A stretch of 32,220 nucleotides of DNA from an uncultured bacterium (lineage in GTDB: Bacteria > Patescibacteriota > Minisyncoccia > Moranbacterales > GWC2-37-73): positions 1 through 32,220 of the forward strand of contig CAIPMZ010000066.1 in NCBI GenBank assembly GCA_903866285.1, in the 5' to 3' direction. This document shows, piece after piece, positions 7,802 to 15,065 of this stretch. Numbering within the stretch: position 1 is the first letter of the stretch; each line of letters begins with the position of its first letter. The notes beneath the pieces are model-generated. The model saw nothing but the letters and a program-made list of their open reading frames with translations, did not search any database and was not told where the DNA came from. Made by a program: the position numbers and the translations under genes.

Positions 7802-8365
7802 TCACTCAAGCAAATACTTAAGAAGTGCTGCCCAGTTCTTAGCATGAACGAGACCCTCAAAACCACCTCCGTTCTCGAGGTAATTTTTGAGACGACCTGA
7901 TGAGAGGAGGTCGTCCGAGAGGTTGTCGGGAAGAAAATATCCAACCCAGTTTCTCGTATTAGAAAGAATCACCTTGCTTCCCTCGACCGTGAAGACCGTG
8001 GGTTTGCTTTCGCCGCCATTATTAAAAGCGTCGAAACATGCTGATGCTGGGTGGGCATGATGGTCGCTGTCGGTGAAGACGGCGACATATTTAGCCCGAG
8101 ATCGTACGGCAGCCAAGAGACCAATGAATATACCGACGGGCATTTCCTGTCCAGCAAAATGTTCTTTCATGTTGCCAAGCATCTGCGATGAGACTGGGAC
8201 AAGAAGATCTGTCAGTACTACATCAAAAGTTTCCTGAGAAAGAGCTTTCTGCGCCTCGTCATATGTTCCGACGACTGTCAGGTCATATGTACCAAACTGA
8301 GCTTCTGCGACTTTGCGATTATTTTCGTTGTCGTCGAAAACTAAAATTTTAAGATTCTTTTCCAT
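7802..8365 (-). CDS. CheY-like receiver (REC)-fold protein with an uncharacterised C-terminal extension
   Basis: KILVFDDNENNRK (acidic pair D11 D12), FDVVLTDLLVP (candidate phospho-acceptor D53) and YVAVFTDS (beta4 Thr). Strong SD (AAAGGGG, 7 nt upstream). More GC-rich than its neighbours. Confidence 0.6.
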   Translation of the reverse strand: MEKNLKILVFDDNENNRKVAEAQFGTYDLTVVGTYDEAQKALSQETFDVVLTDLLVPVSSQMLGNMKEHFAGQEMPVGIFIGLLAAVRSRAKYVAVFTDSDHHAHPASACFDAFNNGGESKPTVFTVEGSKVILSNTRNWVGYFLPDNLSDDLLSSGRLKNYLENGGGFEGLVHAKNWAALLKYLLE

Positions 8366-8397
8366 AATTTACCCCTTTTTGTTTTTGAATAGCTGTT

Positions 8398-8426
8398 TTT
8401 ATAAATAGATGCGAAGTTTGTATCAA
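8398..8426 (-). promoter_or_regulatory. possible promoter TTGATA-N17-TATAAA for the REC-like gene
   Basis: Minus-strand reading. The -35 is embedded in an ATCCTTGATA motif that recurs at 7639..7648 and, as a variant, at 7548..7557. Confidence 0.4.
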
Positions 8427-8451
8427 GGATAACTTCGCGAACCTTATTCTT

Positions 8452-8703
8452 CTAACAAACAATAGGGTTCATAATCATTTTTATTTCAAACAACCTATCG
8501 TTATGTCCCCTAAGAGAAGCATTTTTGGCATGAAGCTCCTCAATCTCTAGTTTCAAACTCTCTAGAGTTTCTACTTCTCCGCCTGTTTCATTAAGCAATT
8601 CATTGTTATATTCCCTAAGGGAAATATTTTGGGCGCGAAGTGTCTTGATCTCGAGCTTTAAGCTCGCTAGAGTTTCTTCGTGTCCGCATTTTTCTGTTTT
8701 CAT
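8452..8703 (-). CDS. small coiled-coil protein with two internal ~27-aa repeats
   Basis: ETLASLKLEIKTLRAQNISLREYNNEL and ETLESLKLEIEELHAKNASLRGHNDRL. A GGAGA SD precedes the ATG. Confidence 0.5.
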   Translation of the reverse strand: MKTEKCGHEETLASLKLEIKTLRAQNISLREYNNELLNETGGEVETLESLKLEIEELHAKNASLRGHNDRLFEIKMIMNPIVC

Positions 8704-8778
8704 TTTTTCTCCGTTGGTTGCGTTGTTAAATAACTTTTTGTTAGATGATAGGTTATTCCTAATTCATCTTAACGGGCA

Positions 8779-8807
8779 AGTATATACTATTTTTAGTATT
8801 TTATCAA
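8779..8807 (-). promoter_or_regulatory. possible promoter TTGATA-N17-TATACT for the coiled-coil gene
   Basis: Minus-strand reading, about 75 nt upstream of the ATG at 8703. Confidence 0.4.
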
Positions 8808-8876
8808 TGGTAATAAATACTAATATGCCTAAAAATAGCCTAAAAATAGGATAATTAAAATTATTTATCAAAAATG

Positions 8877-8905
8877 TTGACAAATAGAGTAGTTTTTGGT
8901 AGGAT
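8877..8905 (+). promoter_or_regulatory. promoter TTGACA-N17-TAGGAT (TrmB-family gene leader)
   Basis: Consensus -35, a 17-nt spacer ending in TGG, and a TAGGAT -10. Confidence 0.55.
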
Positions 8906-8921
8906 TAAGATAATCTAATTA

Positions 8922-9030
8922 TGTCATTCTGAGTGAATCCGCCAGCAGGCGGAGGAATCGAAGAATCTGGGCTCAGATCTTTCGACTTCGTTTCTCTGCT
9001 TAGGGCAGAGAAACTACGCTCAAGATGACA
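8922..9030 (+). mobile_element. MITE-like element family D variant (109 bp)
   Basis: Termini TGTCATTCTGAGTG ... CGCTCAAGATGACA are inverted repeats. Internal hairpins are CCGCCAGCAGGCGG and TCTCTGCTTAGGGCAGAGA. It lies between a predicted promoter and the TrmB-family gene. Confidence 0.65.
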
Positions 9031-9114
9031 AGAAGGGGATTTAGTAGGTAACTATAATCTAAAATCTAAAATCTAGAATTAAGAATCTAGAATCTAAAAT
9101 CTATTTAAAAACAT

Positions 9115-9858
9115 ATGGACAATGATTTGGTAAAACTTTTGGAAACGACGGGTTTCACGGAAAAAGAGGCTCAAGTATATTTGGCGTTGGTTGAGCTTGG
9201 AACGGGAAACGTGACGGATATTTCAAAAACAACCAAGCTCAAGCGCTCGATTATCTATGTAATCTTGGAAGGCTTAATGAAGAGAGGCTATGCTAGCGAA
9301 CTGCCGAATTTAAAAATCAATACCTATCAAGCCACTGATCCGACTGTCATCTTGTCGCAACTTAAAAATGTGGCGAAAAATTTCTCAGAAATGCTCCCAA
9401 TGATTCGCACACTCGGCAGTAAGGGTAAGAGCAGACCGAAAATCAGTTATTACGACACGAAAGAATCGATCTTGAAGGCTTGGGAGATTATGGGCAATGA
9501 GGATGATATTTTCTATATTTATTCCTGCGAAAGAAGCGAGCAACATTATCCTGGCATAACGGACAAATGGGCCAAGGGGTACAATAAAAAGCTTTATCCT
9601 TTGGGGAATCGACATTTAGTGCCGAATAATAAAAGCGAAGTTGAAATAGCTCAAAAGTTTTTGGCAGTCGGCGAAAGAGTGCGTCTGTTGGATGATTTGA
9701 ATGGCATTAATATGGACTTTACGCTTTTTTCAAACAAAATCTCCATTGTCTCACTCGAGGAGAATCCTTTTATCGTTGTCATAGAGTCTGAAGAGTTGGT
9801 CAAATCCATCCGCCCGATTTTCGAAATCGCCTGGGCAAAAGGGAGGGAGATAAAATAG
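9115..9858 (+). CDS. TrmB-family transcriptional regulator
   Basis: The N-terminus LLETTGFTEKEAQVYLALVELGTGNVTDISKTTKLKRSIIYVILEGLMKRGY is the canonical TrmB wHTH. The 247-aa length fits. Confidence 0.8.
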   Translation: MDNDLVKLLETTGFTEKEAQVYLALVELGTGNVTDISKTTKLKRSIIYVILEGLMKRGYASELPNLKINTYQATDPTVILSQLKNVAKNFSEMLPMIRTLGSKGKSRPKISYYDTKESILKAWEIMGNEDDIFYIYSCERSEQHYPGITDKWAKGYNKKLYPLGNRHLVPNNKSEVEIAQKFLAVGERVRLLDDLNGINMDFTLFSNKISIVSLEENPFIVVIESEELVKSIRPIFEIAWAKGREIK

Positions 9859-9906
9859 TTTTTGCTGGACTTGGCAGGCTTTGTTTGCTAGGATGAAAAT
9901 ATATTT

Positions 9907-10482
9907 ATGGAAAAAGATTTGCAAAAATTGGCGCATACTTGGATAACGACAACACCCGAAAGTGTTGAGGTTGAGGGTGAATTTTATTGTCAGACTCGGG
10001 ATATTTTTCAGGCTAGGTTGGACAGAATGACGAATAATTTATTAAAAGAATTTGGCACTCAAGCAGAAAGAATATACATAGCATCTGCCATGGCAGGTGA
10101 GATTGGCAATAACTCCTTTGATCATAATTTGGGAAGCTGGACAGATGTTGCAGGAATTTTCTTTGGGTACGATTTTTTCGAAGATGAAATAAAAATAGTT
10201 TTGGCCGATAGGGGTAGGGGTGTTTTGGCGACACTCAGAGGCGTGAAGCCAGAACTTAAAAATGATATGGAGGGTTTGCAAACAGCTTTTACGGAAAGAA
10301 TTTCTGGCAGAGCGCCAGAAAGCAGAGGAAATGGCTTGAAATTTGTGAAAGAAAATTTGCAAATCAGAAAAATGCACCTCGTCTTTTTTTCTGGCAATGC
10401 CCAAGCTGATTTGAATGAAAAGATGGAAATAAAAGAAGTCACTGAGAGTGTGAGTGGATGCTTAGCTATTTTAACGTTGTAA
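9907..10482 (+). CDS. GHKL-superfamily ATPase, anti-sigma/serine-kinase-like
   Basis: N-box-like EIGNNSFDH, G1-like LADRGRGV and G2-like GNGLKF, in a 191-aa protein similar in size to RsbW/SpoIIAB. Confidence 0.62.
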   Translation: MEKDLQKLAHTWITTTPESVEVEGEFYCQTRDIFQARLDRMTNNLLKEFGTQAERIYIASAMAGEIGNNSFDHNLGSWTDVAGIFFGYDFFEDEIKIVLADRGRGVLATLRGVKPELKNDMEGLQTAFTERISGRAPESRGNGLKFVKENLQIRKMHLVFFSGNAQADLNEKMEIKEVTESVSGCLAILTL

Positions 10483-10510
10483 TAATAAAAACTTAGTTTG
10501 ATTAGAAAGT

Positions 10511-10556
10511 CGTTGGAGGTTCAAACTCCATTATGGAGGTTGAACCTCCTTGCAAC
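10511..10556. repeat. hairpin family A copy, long form
   Basis: CGTTGGAGGTTCAAACTCC-ATTAT-GGAGGTTGAACCTCCTTGCAAC, 29 nt downstream of the GHKL gene stop. Confidence 0.85.
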
Positions 10557-10587
10557 CGATAGCGACTTAAGTGATTTATAAAATTTT

Positions 10588-10869
10588 ATGAAAATTGAAA
10601 TCAAAAAGTTTGGGGAAATCTTAGTTTCTCGTCCCGCGGGAAGAGAAGCCTATTTAGCAATGTCCGCCTATCTTACAAAAGGAATCAGCAGTGGCGAGCC
10701 AATCGAAATTGATTTCGCTGGCGTAAAAGTACTGGCACCGTCTTGGGCAGATGAAGTTGTTACAAAAATTTTCCAAGAATTTGAAAATGTCAAACTTCTC
10801 AACACCGAAAACTCAACCGTGCAAGCCACGCTGGAAACCTTGAAAGAATATTCAGGGTTGAAAATTTAA
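10588..10869 (+). CDS. STAS-like DUF4325-type protein
   Basis: GEILVSRPAGREAY...IEIDFAGVKVLAPSWADEVV matches the DUF4325 pattern (sR..G...., .DF.gV....sSf.DE). Confidence 0.62.
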   Translation: MKIEIKKFGEILVSRPAGREAYLAMSAYLTKGISSGEPIEIDFAGVKVLAPSWADEVVTKIFQEFENVKLLNTENSTVQATLETLKEYSGLKI

Positions 10870-10900
10870 GTTTTACCATACAACTACATAAGGTAAAAAG
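10840..10900 (+). repeat. 61-bp direct repeat, left copy (last 10 codons of the DUF4325 gene plus hairpin C)
   Basis: Matches 12354..12414 at a constant offset of 1514 bp, with 4 mismatches. Confidence 0.9.
10873..10896. repeat. hairpin family C copy 1 (TTACCATA-CAACTACA-TAAGGTAA)
   Basis: Starts 4 nt after the DUF4325 gene stop. Identical to the copy at 12387. Confidence 0.85.
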
Positions 10901-10912
10901 TCCTAATGTTTT

Positions 10913-12271
10913 TTACAATTTCAAGAGCCATCTCTTCAAACTTACATAACGAACTTTCTTTCCGTCGTAATTTTCTTCTCCTTCAAAATCTTCGGTTATG
11001 ATAAGTCCACTTTTCAATTTAAATTCAGCCATTGCTTTAAGAAGCGCTTTTATTTCTCGCTTTTTTGTCTTGATGTCTGAAAGATTCCAACAAACTTGGA
11101 TCAATTCTTTAATAATAGTATCTTCCTTAATTACAAAATCAACTTCTTCATCAGCCAAACTTTTCCAATAATAGATCGCTAAAAATGGATTAAGGTAGGA
11201 CCTTCTTTTTAGTTCCAAAAAGACGATATTTTCTGCAAGTTTACCGAGATTAGGGCTAAAGCGAAAACCGATCGTATTGGCTATGCCAGTATCCACGGCG
11301 TAAACTTTTCGAGGGCTTTTCTCTTGTTCCTTGAATTTGTAGGAAAATCTTTTCAGGAAGAATACTAAATAGGAAGCTTCGAGATAACCAGAAAAACGCT
11401 CCGTGGTTTCGGCTGACATTTGCAAAAATTGTCCAGCGGAATTGAATGTTATGGGGGAGGAAATATTGCTGAGATAAAAATTTGCCAGACTTTTGAGTTT
11501 TTCAGTTTTTCTGATTTTATAACGCTTGATCAAGTCTCTGTTGACAGTATCATCATAATAATTAAGCAAGAGTTCCTTTTTCTTTTCTTCTTCTAAAACA
11601 ACTATCGGGAAAGAACCGAACTCTGAAAATTCTTGAAACAGTTTTTTTAGTTTTACATTTTTAGCTATTAAATCTGAATTATTTTTGATTGTTAAATTTT
11701 TAAAATTCAAAAATTCTTGAAATGATAGGGGCATTACGGTTACATCTAGGTGTCTGCCTGTCAGGACTGTGGCTAATTCGCCACTCAGGAGTTTTGAATT
11801 AGAGCCGGAAAGCACTAAATTAGCCTTAGCTAGTTCTTGAGTGGTCCTAACCCACTTTTCCCAGCGTGGAACTTCTTGTATTTCATCCAGAAAAAGATAA
11901 ATTGTTCCCTTGGGAGTTTGAGATTCTAAATAAGCGTTAAAAATTTGACTAAGTAGGTCAGTACTTAAATTGACAAAGCCTGGATCTTCAAAATTAACGA
12001 TGAGGATATTTTTTTTATCGACACCAGAAGCAATCAACTTTTTAGCTAGTTGTCGCATGAGAAAGGATTTTCCGCTTCGTCTAGCTCCCGTGATTATCTT
12101 AACCTGTTGACTGGGAAGCATTTTTTCAAGCACGGTTAAGTAGGAATTCCTTCTGATGCCAGAGGCTAAGTCTTTTTTCCAAAAATTCCAATCATTTAGA
12201 ATCCCCAAAAGGTTATTTTTCTCCATATAATTATTGTATATATGATAATTTGTTAATATTTCATCATACAT
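10913..12271 (-). CDS. AAA+ ATPase with C-terminal DUF4143 (PD-(D/E)xK-like) domain, COG1373 type
   Basis: Walker A GARRSGKS, Walker B IYLFLDEIQ and C-terminal EEVDFVIKE...IQVCW. The predicted promoter at 12274..12302 ends 2 nt before the 12271 ATG, so the true start may be the ATG at 12226 (MEKNNLLGILNDWNFW). Confidence 0.85.
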   Translation of the reverse strand: MYDEILTNYHIYNNYMEKNNLLGILNDWNFWKKDLASGIRRNSYLTVLEKMLPSQQVKIITGARRSGKSFLMRQLAKKLIASGVDKKNILIVNFEDPGFVNLSTDLLSQIFNAYLESQTPKGTIYLFLDEIQEVPRWEKWVRTTQELAKANLVLSGSNSKLLSGELATVLTGRHLDVTVMPLSFQEFLNFKNLTIKNNSDLIAKNVKLKKLFQEFSEFGSFPIVVLEEEKKKELLLNYYDDTVNRDLIKRYKIRKTEKLKSLANFYLSNISSPITFNSAGQFLQMSAETTERFSGYLEASYLVFFLKRFSYKFKEQEKSPRKVYAVDTGIANTIGFRFSPNLGKLAENIVFLELKRRSYLNPFLAIYYWKSLADEEVDFVIKEDTIIKELIQVCWNLSDIKTKKREIKALLKAMAEFKLKSGLIITEDFEGEENYDGKKVRYVSLKRWLLKL

Positions 12272-12273
12272 AC

Positions 12274-12302
12274 ATTATATATGTGATAAAATGAGAAGTC
12301 AA
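12274..12302 (-). promoter_or_regulatory. promoter TTGACT-N17-TATAAT internal to the ATPase cassette
   Basis: Read on the minus strand. The -10 ends 2 nt before the ORF's first ATG, implying a leaderless mRNA or use of the downstream ATG at 12226. Confidence 0.55.
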
Positions 12303-12353
12303 GAATTTGAAAATATATGTGAAAATATGGTTTAATTTAGGCTTTTTCTGACT

Positions 12354-12414
12354 TTGAAGGAATATTTAGGGTTGAAAATTTAAGCGTTACCATACAACTA
12401 CATAAGGTAAAAAG
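12354..12414 (+). repeat. 61-bp direct repeat, right copy (orphan gene 3' end)
   Basis: Would still read LKEYLGLKI-stop, against LKEYSGLKI-stop in the intact gene. No homology upstream of 12354. Confidence 0.9.
12387..12410. repeat. hairpin family C copy 2
   Basis: Identical 24-mer to 10873..10896, and part of the 61-bp direct repeat. Confidence 0.85.
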
Positions 12415-12451
12415 AAAAACCGCTTTGCAAACTCGTGTAAAGCGGCTTTTT
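12415..12451 (+). terminator. intrinsic terminator after the orphan 3'-end copy
   Basis: CCGCTTT...AAAGCGG stem followed by CTTTTT, with an A-run upstream. Confidence 0.55.
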
Positions 12452-12461
12452 GAAAAGTAGC

Positions 12462-12490
12462 TTGAAATGAATAATTTAGGGTGGTAGGAT
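12462..12490 (+). promoter_or_regulatory. promoter TTGAAA-N17-TAGGAT (leader of the 12748 gene)
   Basis: CTTGAAATGAATAATTTAGGGTGGTAGGATGAAG is nearly identical to 14931..14964. Confidence 0.55.
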
Positions 12491-12595
12491 GAAGATAGTC
12501 GTAAAGTTGAAAGTAGCAAAGTAATAAAGTAGGGATGCAATAGAAATGCAATAGAAATAATAGAAATGCAATAGAGATATAATGGAAATAAAATG

Positions 12596-12685
12596 TGTCA
12601 TCGTGATCCACCCAGGGCGGAGTGAAAAATGAGTTGCTTGGCAAGGCCCTGGATTGCCACGCATGATTACATGCTCGCAATGACG
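12596..12685 (+). mobile_element. MITE-like element family D, copy 2 (90 bp)
   Basis: TGTCATCGTGATCCACCCAGGGCGGAGTGA...CTGGATTGCCACGCATGATTACATGCTCGCAATGACG is collinear with 3741..3830, including the upstream GAAATAAAAT flank. Confidence 0.7.
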
Positions 12686-12747
12686 GGGAGGGGCAATAAG
12701 GTAATATAGTTATAAGATTATAGATTTTTTAAAAATACTATAAACCT

Positions 12748-14721
12748 ATGTATAAAAAAATAAAGCAACCATGGGAATTCAATTTTAATGTTTCGGATGC
12801 TGGAGTTTACATGATCAAAGTTTCTGCTGTGTGTCAAAATGGTAAATTTCTCGGATTATTTGGAGGAGAAGATTTGAGGGTGGAAATTGATGAGCTTAAA
12901 TTGAGGGAAATTCCTTTAGGAAATAAACCACAGTATTTTGATATTCCCTCAGCTTGGAATGGCTCAGATTTAAAGGGAACAGAAAAAACAAGTGTGTTTA
13001 TTTTGAGGTTGACTGCGGGAAAACATACTATAAAATTTATTCCGAAAAGAGGAGCTGAGCTATTAAGTGAGACGCAGATCAATAAGTTAGATATTGGTAA
13101 CTCATTGAACGTGCTGAAAGACATTCAATCATCAGAAAAAGATCGTCAATCCTGGGTTACTGTTGTGGTTGTTGATTTTCCAGTTAATTTTCTTGATGTG
13201 GAAGTTACTTGTAAAAAGAGAAATGCCTTTGATAGTGATGATATTAAGCTTGTGATTGATGGAGAAATTCAAAAAAATTCCAAGTCTAGCTGGTGGGGCA
13301 AAAACTGGTTTTGGCAAGGAAGGGATCTTCAAGGAAAAACCCAATCGAATCGGTTTTATCTTGGTCTAGTAAAAGGAATCCATTATATTGAACTTTGGGC
13401 AGACAGGAAACCTTTTTTGAATAAACTTGACTTAAATATTTTTGAAAATAATAATAATCAAGATGAAAAAAATAACATCCCAGTTGGGCCGTATGAGAAT
13501 AAAGGACCGCTTGGCAATAGTGACTATAATCGCTACGATGGGATAATTGAGGAGGTCGTCAACAAGTGGAACGAAGAATTTTTACGCGATAAATATCCAG
13601 TAGAAAAACCACTTGATCCAAACTTGGTGAAGGCGATTATTTATCGTGAAAGCAAAATGGGATATTATCCTGGTGGAGAAATTAATGTCATGCAGGTTGG
13701 AAATCCAGGCGATCCATCATTGAAAACGCTTAACGGAGAATTGACTGAATATTGGATGCAGAATGGCACAGAAAAGAAACTTGATTATAATGGCAAAGCA
13801 AATGCTGATACTCCATACGAAAGCATTTACTGGGGTATCAGGTGGCTATATCATAAAGCACAAGGAATAAGCGGTGGGAAAAGATACTGGAAAAATTGGA
13901 AGGAGGCAGTGCAAGCCTATGGACCTGGCCCTGCGGAATATGCTGATAATATCTGGCTTATTTATACTGAGGGTCTTGATAAATCAAATCCTAAGAAAAG
14001 TATAAAATTGTGGTCGTTTATTTTTATTGCTCCACTTATTTTTGGCTTACATGGTTTTTTCAATAATCCTGAAAAAATAATAGATCAAAACAGTTTTATT
14101 AAAAATAAAATATTAAATGAGAATACAACTAATTCAGTTGAATTAAATAATGTTGAGGTTATTTTTTCAGAAAGCGATCCAAAATTATTTTTTGCTATTT
14201 TGGAATGGGAAAAAGATTGGTGGGAAAATTTAAAAATAGGCAAGCTAGAAAATGACAATAATATTAAATGGTTGGCGATAGACAACCCAATAAAACAGCA
14301 ATATATTTTAAGCGCAAAATTCATATATCTGAAAGGTTTTGCAGATCCTATTTTAGAAATATATGGCAAAACGCATGTTGGAAATGGTTCACTATATCTA
14401 TATAAAATTGTTAGCAATCAGGCAGAACTACTTTTGGAAACTCAGGCAATTGATTCTAAAAATGAACTTAGCACTTCGCCCGATAATTATAAGCAATATG
14501 GATATTGGCAGTGCGATGAGGTTTTCAGAGATGGAAAATTGAAAAGCGAATATGCGGATATAAATAAAGATGGTGTTGCTGAAGTTGTGCTAAGCGGTGT
14601 TTCCGACGTTATTTGTGAAGATAATTTAGGGACAGAAAAGAAAGAAGTGGTCGTGCAAACAAATGAAATTAAAAAGGTTTTTTCTTGGAACGGGGAAAAA
14701 TATGAAGAAACTCTAAAATAA
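12748..14721 (+). CDS. large protein with two tandem beta-sandwich-like repeats, an SLT-type lytic transglycosylase motif, one internal TM helix and a C-terminal domain
   Basis: LVKAIIYRESKMG...INVMQVGNPGD...YWGIRWLY resembles the SLT E-S...MQ...Y motifs. TM helix LWSFIFIAPLIFGLHGFF. The C-terminus has an FG-GAP-like DINKDGVAEVVLSG. Confidence 0.6.
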   Translation: MYKKIKQPWEFNFNVSDAGVYMIKVSAVCQNGKFLGLFGGEDLRVEIDELKLREIPLGNKPQYFDIPSAWNGSDLKGTEKTSVFILRLTAGKHTIKFIPKRGAELLSETQINKLDIGNSLNVLKDIQSSEKDRQSWVTVVVVDFPVNFLDVEVTCKKRNAFDSDDIKLVIDGEIQKNSKSSWWGKNWFWQGRDLQGKTQSNRFYLGLVKGIHYIELWADRKPFLNKLDLNIFENNNNQDEKNNIPVGPYENKGPLGNSDYNRYDGIIEEVVNKWNEEFLRDKYPVEKPLDPNLVKAIIYRESKMGYYPGGEINVMQVGNPGDPSLKTLNGELTEYWMQNGTEKKLDYNGKANADTPYESIYWGIRWLYHKAQGISGGKRYWKNWKEAVQAYGPGPAEYADNIWLIYTEGLDKSNPKKSIKLWSFIFIAPLIFGLHGFFNNPEKIIDQNSFIKNKILNENTTNSVELNNVEVIFSESDPKLFFAILEWEKDWWENLKIGKLENDNNIKWLAIDNPIKQQYILSAKFIYLKGFADPILEIYGKTHVGNGSLYLYKIVSNQAELLLETQAIDSKNELSTSPDNYKQYGYWQCDEVFRDGKLKSEYADINKDGVAEVVLSGVSDVICEDNLGTEKKEVVVQTNEIKKVFSWNGEKYEETLK

Positions 14722-14729
14722 TCATATTT

Positions 14730-14753
14730 TTACCATACAACTACATATGGTAA
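14730..14753. repeat. hairpin family C copy 3
   Basis: TTACCATACAACTACATATGGTAA (perfect 8-bp stem), 9 nt after the stop of the 12748..14721 gene. Confidence 0.85.
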
Positions 14754-14760
14754 AGAGGGG

Positions 14761-14832
14761 AAAGTCCTGGTAGCTTATATTGGGGCTTTTTATGTGGTCG
14801 AGATGTCCATGGGAGCCACATAAGGACTTTTT
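14761..14832 (+). terminator. compound hairpin with a T-run after the 12748..14721 gene
   Basis: AAAGTCCT (14761) pairs with AAGGACTTT (14822), enclosing ATGTGG...CCACAT, followed by TTTTT. Confidence 0.5.
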
Positions 14833-14931
14833 AAAAGTAAATATTAAAAAGGAAAATGCGGTTTCCTCCAAAGGCGGACAGGCAAGTCAGAGACATTGAA
14901 CCGACTTGTTGCAGTTTCAGTGCAGTTTCAC

Positions 14932-14960
14932 TTGAAATGAATAATTCAGGGTGCTAGGAT
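14932..14960 (+). promoter_or_regulatory. promoter TTGAAA-N17-TAGGAT (yebC leader)
   Basis: CTTGAAATGAATAATTCAGGGTGCTAGGATGAAA is a conserved 34-mer shared with the site at 12461. Confidence 0.55.
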
Positions 14961-15065
14961 GAAAGTATATAACATGTAACACGTAGCATGTAACATAAAG
15001 AGAGATATGGCTGGTCTTGTTTGAATTTTGCTATATGCTTTATGTTATATGTTTCATGAAAATAT

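Noticed and set aside
10511-10556. tRNA-like T-arm (GGTTCAAACTCC) in the family A hairpins
   Set aside because: It is a simple 15-bp hairpin with no acceptor, D or anticodon arms. I found no tRNA cloverleaf anywhere in the window.
1-15000. Integron-like gene cassette array (cassettes separated by hairpin sites)
   Set aside because: There is no integrase gene and no attC-like R''/L''-L'/R' organisation. Cassette orientations are mixed, and the cassettes carry their own promoters.
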